Source: Ruminococcaceae bacterium UBA5413
GTDB taxonomy: Bacteria > Bacillota > Clostridia > Oscillospirales > Acutalibacteraceae
Assembly: GCA_002409585.1 (NCBI GenBank)
Contig: DHNP01000017.1
Span: 56,468 to 120,467, forward strand
Length of the DNA stretch: 64,000 bases
Direction: 5' to 3'
In this document: in pieces, positions 57,877 to 64,000 of the stretch
How the letters are laid out: each line of letters begins with the position of its first letter
Position numbering within the stretch: the first letter of the stretch is position 1
Made by a program: the position numbers and the translations under genes
Notes under the pieces: generated by a model
What the model was told of the DNA's origin: nothing
Seen by the model: only the letters and a program-made list of their open reading frames with translations
The model's database searches: none

Positions 57877-59640
57877 TTATTTTTTGTCATCGTACATACC
57901 GGTGCTTGCGTAAACTATGCCGCGGAATGCATCAACCGTTACGGTAGTCCCGCTTTTAAGTATGTGCGTGGCGTTATACGCGCCTACTATAACCGGCTTA
58001 TCGAGCGAAAGCCCTACTATGGCCGCGTGCGAGTTAAGCCCGCCCTTTTCGGTTATTATGGCGGAAGCTGATTTTATTATAGGCATGAGGGCGTTTGTAG
58101 TTTCATCTATTACAAGGACGTCTCCGCTTTTAAAGTTGCGCTGGGCCTCCGCCTCGTTTTTACAGACGCAGAGGTTCCCGCAGACAGCCCCACGGACGGC
58201 GCTTGTGCCTGAAACGAGTACGTCGCCTACTAAGTGGACTTTAAGCAGGTTTGTAGTGCCTGAAAATCCGAGCGGCACGCCGGCGGTTATTACGACGAGG
58301 TCGCCGTTCTGCAGGAACCCTCTTTTTTTAGCCATGCACACGGCGTGCTGGAAAAGCTCGTCCGTGTTTTTCTTTTCTTCAAGGAGTATAGGCAGTACGC
58401 CCCAGTAGAGGTTCATCTGCCGCATAATCTTTGGGTCTGTCGTACCGCCGATTATGGGGCAAGCCGGCCGGAACTTGGATATCATGCGGGCGGTGCGCCC
58501 GGACTTTGTAACCGTTACTATGGCTACGGCCCTGAGGTCGTGCGCGGTGGTGCACGTGGCGTGTGAGATAGCCGACGTAACGCTCGGTGTGCGGCTTATC
58601 TCCTGCTTTTTGAAGCGCTGCTTGTAGTCTATGTCTTTTTCGGTATAGCGGGCAATCTTGTCCATAGTCTGCACGGCCTTTATCGGGTAAAGGCCGGCTG
58701 CTGTTTCACCGGAGAGCATTATTGCGCCGGTACCGTCGTAAATAGCGTTTGCCACATCGGTTGCCTCAGCGCGTGTCGGGCGTGGGTTTTTAATCATGGA
58801 GTCGAGCATCTGGGTAGCCGTTATGACCTGTTTGCCGGCGGCGGAAGCTTTTTTGATAAGCTTTTTCTGTATGCTCGGTATTTCTTCAAACGGTATTTCG
58901 ACACCCATGTCGCCGCGCGCGACCATTATGCCGTCCGAAACTTTTATAATGTCGTCAATATTGTTTACACCGTCGAAATTTTCAATTTTTGCTATTATCT
59001 GTATATCATGGCAGTCGAGCTTTTCAAGCTCGGTCCGAAGGTCTATTATGTCCTGGGCGCTGCGCGTGAAAGATGCGGCTATATAGTCGAAATCTTCGTG
59101 TACGGCGAAAGCTATGTCGGACTTGTCCTGCTCGCTTATAAACGGGAGTGAGAGATGCATGCCGGGTACGTTTACACCTTTGTGCGACGAGACCTGACCG
59201 CCGTTTTCAACAGTGCAAAGGATGTCGGTGTCGGTGTGGGATTTTACTTTCAGCTCTATAAGGCCGTCGTCTATGAGTATGGTGGTTCCCTGGACAACTT
59301 CGCGCGGAAGGCGCTCGAACGTAACGGAGGCGATTTCTTCGCTGCCGGTTACGTCGCGGCTGGTAAGCGTAAACTCGCTGCCGGTTTTTAATGTCACGGG
59401 GGATTTGGCAAACTCTTTCAGCCGTATTTCAGGGCCTTTTGTATCGAGCAGAAGCGCGATGGGCAGCCCAAGCTCTTTTCTGAGCTTCTTTATGGAGTCC
59501 GCGTACCCTTTCTGCTCTTCATGCGTGCCGTGTGAAAAGTTAAGACGGGCCACGTCCATACCGGCGAGCATCAACTGTTTTAAAATTTTTTCGTCTTCCA
59601 CCGCAGGCCCGATAGTACATACAATTTTTGTTTTCCGCAT
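57877..59640 (-). CDS. pyk: Pyruvate kinase with C-terminal PEP-utiliser domain
   Basis: TKIVCTIGP, RLNFSHG, DTKGPEIR, AKIE, MVARGDMGVE, TRAEATD and SHAAIVG motifs. Confidence 0.97.
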   Translation of the reverse strand: MRKTKIVCTIGPAVEDEKILKQLMLAGMDVARLNFSHGTHEEQKGYADSIKKLRKELGLPIALLLDTKGPEIRLKEFAKSPVTLKTGSEFTLTSRDVTGSEEIASVTFERLPREVVQGTTILIDDGLIELKVKSHTDTDILCTVENGGQVSSHKGVNVPGMHLSLPFISEQDKSDIAFAVHEDFDYIAASFTRSAQDIIDLRTELEKLDCHDIQIIAKIENFDGVNNIDDIIKVSDGIMVARGDMGVEIPFEEIPSIQKKLIKKASAAGKQVITATQMLDSMIKNPRPTRAEATDVANAIYDGTGAIMLSGETAAGLYPIKAVQTMDKIARYTEKDIDYKQRFKKQEISRTPSVTSAISHATCTTAHDLRAVAIVTVTKSGRTARMISKFRPACPIIGGTTDPKIMRQMNLYWGVLPILLEEKKNTDELFQHAVCMAKKRGFLQNGDLVVITAGVPLGFSGTTNLLKVHLVGDVLVSGTSAVRGAVCGNLCVCKNEAEAQRNFKSGDVLVIDETTNALMPIIKSASAIITEKGGLNSHAAIVGLSLDKPVIVGAYNATHILKSGTTVTVDAFRGIVYASTGMYDDKK

Positions 59641-59972
59641 AATAAAATCCTCACTTCCGAAATTTATACAAATCCTTTGTTAAGCGAATAACAATGCCGG
59701 ATGTGCGGAACAGCCGCCAACGGCATTTTATATTAAGGATAAAAGTTTGATATTATATCAGGCGCAAGGGGCGGGTTTAAGCGGCAGATAAGGAATGTAC
59801 CGAATGCTTTTCAGTATGGCTGCAGGCCGTTTTAAACGATGATATAATTATTCAAAACCTTTTCCAGTATACATGATACTATCGCATCGCAGATAAGTCA
59901 AATAGAAAATAACTTACTGTATATGCGTATGAAAATATGCCGCAAGAGGCGGATTTTTAGGCTATAATAAAC

Positions 59973-60003
59973 AAGCGCGGCTCCTTTATGCGGAACCGCG
60001 CTT
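59973..60003 (-). terminator. Terminator after the RluA gene
   Basis: AAGCGCGG...CCGCGCTT hairpin. Confidence 0.55.
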
Positions 60004-60046
60004 TGATGCAGCGTATAACACGGTGACTGTAATGCCGCCAGCGTTT

Positions 60047-61009
60047 CTAAGAAAAATCATAAAATTCGTCGAGAAACCATATATCGTTTGCCTCGAACGA
60101 TTTGCCGTTTAAATAGTTCAAAGGGCCTGCATCGGTAGTGAATTTAAACTCAAGTTTGTATGAATACAGCGCCTGGTAGGGAAAATTAATTTTTTTGTTA
60201 ACTGCGTTTTTCCCGTACTTGCCGTCGCCGGCGATAGGGTGGCCTATGGACGCGAGATGTGCCCTTATCTGATGGGTGCGTCCGGTTAAAAGCTCCACCT
60301 CAAGCAGGCTGAAACCGCCGCGCTCGTTAAGTACGCGGTAACGCGTCCTTATGATTTTAGCGCTGCCGAAGGGCCTGTCTTTTATATACACGCGGTTTTG
60401 CTTTTCATTTTTTTCAAGGTAGCCCTCTATGGTGTCCTCTTTCTTTTCCATACTGCCGCAAACAACGCAGAGGTAAAGCTTTGACATTTCGCGCTTTTTG
60501 ACTTTTTCGTTCATTATGCGCAATGTTTCGGCGTTTTTGGCGGCCATGACTATGCCGCCGGTGTTCCTGTCTATTCTGTTTATAAGGGCCGGGGCAAATG
60601 AGTTTTCATTTTCGGGTATATATTCTTTTTTGTCATACAAATAATGCTGTATGCGTGCTATAAGCGAGTCAAAGTGGTAATTTTCGTCAGGGTGCACTAT
60701 AAGGCCCGGCTTTTTATCTACTATAAGTATATTATCGTCTTCATATAACACTTTTATTCTGCACGGCGCCTTCAAAAAGTCATAAGCTTCCGGTTCTGTC
60801 TGAAAAAATTCTTCTTTAAGGAACAGTGTAAGCACGTCGCCTTCGTTAAGGCGGCTGGAGATTTCACAGCGCCTGCCGTTAATCTTTATATCCTTTTTTC
60901 TAATGCTTTTGTACATCATTGATGAGGGCAGGTTCGGAAATGACTTTGAAAGGAACTTGTCCACCCGCTGGCCGGCGTCGTTTCCGCCTGCCGTAACAGT
61001 TTTTTTCAT
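60047..61009 (-). CDS. RluA family pseudouridine synthase (RluC/RluD-like)
   Basis: S4 domain, DKKPG, NRIDRNTGG (catalytic Asp) and TGRTHQIRAHL motifs. Confidence 0.93.
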   Translation of the reverse strand: MKKTVTAGGNDAGQRVDKFLSKSFPNLPSSMMYKSIRKKDIKINGRRCEISSRLNEGDVLTLFLKEEFFQTEPEAYDFLKAPCRIKVLYEDDNILIVDKKPGLIVHPDENYHFDSLIARIQHYLYDKKEYIPENENSFAPALINRIDRNTGGIVMAAKNAETLRIMNEKVKKREMSKLYLCVVCGSMEKKEDTIEGYLEKNEKQNRVYIKDRPFGSAKIIRTRYRVLNERGGFSLLEVELLTGRTHQIRAHLASIGHPIAGDGKYGKNAVNKKINFPYQALYSYKLEFKFTTDAGPLNYLNGKSFEANDIWFLDEFYDFS

Positions 61010-61218
61010 ATATTTAATTCTCCAAAATATGCGGCTTTACACCGCCGGTACCATGCCGGCGGCTGTCCGCGCTGTAATATTTATGTGTCGTAAGGCGCGG
61101 CCGGTGTACGTGTCTGCGTTTAGCCTGCGGCACATTAATATATTAAATCAGCGCTCCCGCGCTGTCAAGCGGAAAACATCCCGGGCTTTTGCGGTTTAAA
61201 GCGCCGTATGGCAGCCGC

Positions 61219-62241
61219 TCAGAGAAACTGGCGTATGTTCCAAACTATTGTCCTTTGAAGGCCGGCGCAAAGCGACGTAAAGTATTTAAAGCCTGACTCC
61301 GACGTTATTTTTGTTATATCGGGCTTTATTCCGCCGCGGCACAGCCATGCGGGGCTGTCAGCTTTGCTTTCTTCATTTTTTACCGAGAGCGGGCTTCCTG
61401 TAAGGAATGATATTTCTTCGGCGAGGTGCCTTGCGGAAACGGCCTCACGGCCGCCTATATTGTAAACATCGCTTTTCCCGTAAATCAGCACATAAAGCAG
61501 CATGACAATGCAGTCGGCAGCATAGCAGAACGTATGCAGGCCGCTCCAGCTGCCGCTCACATTTATTTTTCGCCTGAAAAGGGCCTCGCCTATGAAGCGC
61601 CCCATAATGTTTTTGTCAAAAACAGTCATACCGGGACCGTAAACGGGGAAGACCCTCGCTATTTTTACTTCCACCGTTTTATGCCGGGGGAAGGTGCGGC
61701 AGGCGGTTTCACCAAGGCGCTTTGACTCTGCGAAAGCCGCTCCTGCCACTTGCGTGGAACAAAGGCACGGGCATGCTTCCGTTATAGGTATATTTTCGGG
61801 TATCATGTCGCCGTACACTTCAGACGAGCTTACAAAAAGGAATTTAGCGCCGTCCCTTTTTGCTTTTTGTAAAAAATTTTCGGTGGCGAAAACGTTGAGC
61901 CGGACGGTGTCAGAAAGATTCCCGCCTGGCGCGCATGTACCGCAGTGTATAATGTAGTCGGCCTTAGGCAGGTCGCCGGTACCCTCTGACATGAGGTCAA
62001 GCGGGTAGAATTTATACATAACGTCAAAAATATCGCCAAATTTACCCGACGGCATATGCCTGCTGACGGCCACAATGTTTATGTTAAGGTTCGCGCATAA
62101 GTTTGAAAGATGCAGAAAACAGATGATATATGCGCCTATAAGCCCGTTTGCCCCCGTGACGAGGACTGTTTTGCCAGCCATAGGCGACAGGTCCACGTCG
62201 CTTATATGTTCAAGGCAGTCGCGACCTATGATTTCGTCCAA
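61219..62241 (-). CDS. NAD-dependent epimerase/dehydratase (extended SDR) with Phe at the catalytic Tyr position
   Basis: TGANGLIG, SSSEVYG, FAESK (for YxxxK), VYGPG and VYNIG motifs. TTG start follows AGGAGG. Confidence 0.8.
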   Translation of the reverse strand: MDEIIGRDCLEHISDVDLSPMAGKTVLVTGANGLIGAYIICFLHLSNLCANLNINIVAVSRHMPSGKFGDIFDVMYKFYPLDLMSEGTGDLPKADYIIHCGTCAPGGNLSDTVRLNVFATENFLQKAKRDGAKFLFVSSSEVYGDMIPENIPITEACPCLCSTQVAGAAFAESKRLGETACRTFPRHKTVEVKIARVFPVYGPGMTVFDKNIMGRFIGEALFRRKINVSGSWSGLHTFCYAADCIVMLLYVLIYGKSDVYNIGGREAVSARHLAEEISFLTGSPLSVKNEESKADSPAWLCRGGIKPDITKITSESGFKYFTSLCAGLQRTIVWNIRQFL

Positions 62242-62575
62242 AGTGCCGCCTCCTGTTCCAGCGGTATGGGGTTCACATATCCGTTTGTAAGGCGCCGGTT
62301 TTACGGGTATAATGCCATGCCGGCCTTTTACATGTTATGTGCAAACCGTTTTTATGTTCGCCGTGAATTTGACCGTAAGCACTGTTTAATCTTTATGCGG
62401 CGGCATGAGTGTTATTTAAGATTTATTTTTAAAAAATTTATAAACCGTAACGGAAAGTAAGGGTTACATAAATTAAGCGCGCGGACTGCAGCTTAGTCCG
62501 TGCGCCTCTATGTGCCATGAGCCGGGGCGTATGTAAGCAGGACGCCCTGCAGTAATAAAATATTGGGGTTAGGAA

Positions 62576-63685
62576 TCAGTCGCTTAAAAACATATCCACC
62601 CATAAAAGCGCGGCGCCAATGGCGCTTGCATCCGAGCCGTACTTGCTGAAATGCAGGTAGTTGCGGCGCTCGTCGAAAGTGTTAAGCGGCAGCAGCTTTT
62701 GGTATACCATTTCGGAGTACTGCTCAAGGTACCGGCTTATCTCGCCGCCTACAATGATGTCGGAGTCAAATATTGTGTGGATATTGTTTATGCCGGTGGC
62801 AAGGTAGTCAAGGTATGTCTTCCACTTTTCGATGCAGATGCGGCTGCCGGAGTTCAGCGCATCAAAGAACTCATCAACGTCGTTAAAGCCTGGCTCCGTC
62901 AGCACGCGCGTCGAGCAGTAGGCTTCGAGGCATCCTTTTTTGCCGCATGAACATGTAAGGCCGTCCTTTACTATTGTCATATGGCCGAATTCACCTGAGC
63001 GGCCGTTTATGCCGTTGTAGAGCTTATTGTCAATTATTATGGCGCCGCCGACGCCTTTGTTTACGGACAAAAACACCGCGTCTTCTATGTTGTCTATTTT
63101 CCATATTTCCGCGAAGCCGGCAAGGTTTGCCTCATTGTTAGACATAACGGGGTATGGTATATATTTAGCCATTATATCGAGCGGCAGGTTTTTAGTTTTT
63201 AAAGTAGGGCTGTACTCGAGTATATTGTTTTTAGTGTCGACCGTGCCGGGAACCGAAAGCCCCACCCCTATGACGGACTTAGGGTCTACTCCGCTCCCCG
63301 TTAAAAAAGCTTTAAGGTATGCGCCTATTTGTCTGAAGTATGTGTCGTCGTTCCGGAAAGGCTCGCGTACTTTTTTGTCATGCAGTACATTTTCGTTAAG
63401 GTCTATGAGTACAAAGCGCAGGTGGTTCTGCGTAATTTCTATGCCGACAGACAGCTTTGCATCGTATGCGAGCGAGATTACCGCTGGTTTTCTCCCGCCT
63501 GAAGACTCCAAAGTGCCGGACTTTTTAACAAGGCCGTTCTCGGCAAGGCCTTTTAAAATCAACAAGACGGTAGGCATGCTGAGGTTTAATGCCTGCGCTA
63601 TGTCGTGCTTTGTTGCGCTGTCGTTTGAGTATAAAAAATTTATAATCCTTTTTTTATTTGTGTTTCTGACTTCAAAGTTATTTAT
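62576..63685 (-). CDS. ROK family transcriptional repressor, copy 2; predicted ATA start or lost start codon
   Basis: The frame extends 36 codons above the track ATG (63577) to ATA at 63685, giving 369 aa colinear with copy 1. An in-frame TGA lies three codons upstream. Confidence 0.85.
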   Translation of the reverse strand: MNNFEVRNTNKKRIINFLYSNDSATKHDIAQALNLSMPTVLLILKGLAENGLVKKSGTLESSGGRKPAVISLAYDAKLSVGIEITQNHLRFVLIDLNENVLHDKKVREPFRNDDTYFRQIGAYLKAFLTGSGVDPKSVIGVGLSVPGTVDTKNNILEYSPTLKTKNLPLDIMAKYIPYPVMSNNEANLAGFAEIWKIDNIEDAVFLSVNKGVGGAIIIDNKLYNGINGRSGEFGHMTIVKDGLTCSCGKKGCLEAYCSTRVLTEPGFNDVDEFFDALNSGSRICIEKWKTYLDYLATGINNIHTIFDSDIIVGGEISRYLEQYSEMVYQKLLPLNTFDERRNYLHFSKYGSDASAIGAALLWVDMFLSD

Positions 63686-64000
63686 GGCGTATCACTCTCC
63701 GTTGAAACTATTATCTTAATACAGCCGCTTTACATAAATGTATGGAATCTTACTTTGCGCGGGGAACATGCTTTAAGCGGGCCTGTACGGCCGTGCTTCG
63801 TAACTTAAGCCAGAAACGGAGCCTGCTATGTAATGCGGGTGAGGCATTAAAAAGATAATAAAATTCTCTGGCAAAAGTTTAGCACATAAAAGGCAGATGC
63901 GCAAGTACCGCCGTACCATGCCGTTAAAAATAAAAACAATCCTGCAAAAAAAGAAAGCCGGAACCCAAGTACAGGCACCGGCAGTCTTTTGGCGTTGTTA

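Noticed and set aside
59641-60046. 400-nt spacer upstream of pyk as a possible ncRNA
   Set aside because: It is explained by two candidate sigmaA promoters (TTGACT-N17-TATCAT and TTAAAC-N17-TATAAT) and the RluA terminator; no convincing RNA structure.
61041-61058. ACCGCCG(G)TACCATGCCG also found at 63907-63923
   Set aside because: Only two short copies with an indel; not enough to call a repeat family without a genome-wide search.
1-64000. CRISPR arrays, tRNA/rRNA, IS elements, prophage, defence systems
   Set aside because: No regularly spaced repeats, tRNA arms, transposase, integrase or nuclease motifs were seen in the ORFs or spacers.

Overview
Core chromosome of a spore-forming Clostridia member; gene content and sequence style suggest Oscillospiraceae/Acutalibacteraceae (inference). 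I saw no CRISPR array, rRNA, tRNA, integrase or transposase. From left to right: (1) a nickel cassette hypB-DUF3842-cooT, then mntP, rpmB, der, rpmF, yceD, pgi, dacF, corA, an orphan fumarase beta subunit and a CDF exporter; (2) a five-gene Dlt/Alg-like acyl-transfer cluster (MBOAT, SGNH-type protein, SLC13/DASS transporter, adenylating enzyme, carrier protein); (3) ROK glucokinase, yfbR, an LCP protein, the nusB-(TsaD paralog)-xseAB-ispA block and a complete spoIIIAA-AH operon; (4) 2-enoate reductase, patatin and DUF3892; (5) an ~18.5 kb divergent DeoR-linked rare-sugar catabolic locus (AlsK-like kinase, FBA, atypical PFK, FGGY kinase, phosphatase-VOC fusion, split transketolase, DeoC, PfkB, AlsE-like epimerase, SIS isomerase, DUF4432, D-lyxose-type isomerase, ABC importer); (6) a ROK repressor divergent from chvE-mmsA-mmsB; (7) a Cys-rich DUF4489 gene, pyk, RluA, an SDR lacking its catalytic Tyr, and a second ROK repressor whose homologous start codon is ATA. 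The best candidates for undescribed systems are the acyl-transfer cluster with its own carboxylate transporter and the rare-sugar locus. All family assignments come from motif recognition by eye, not database searches.
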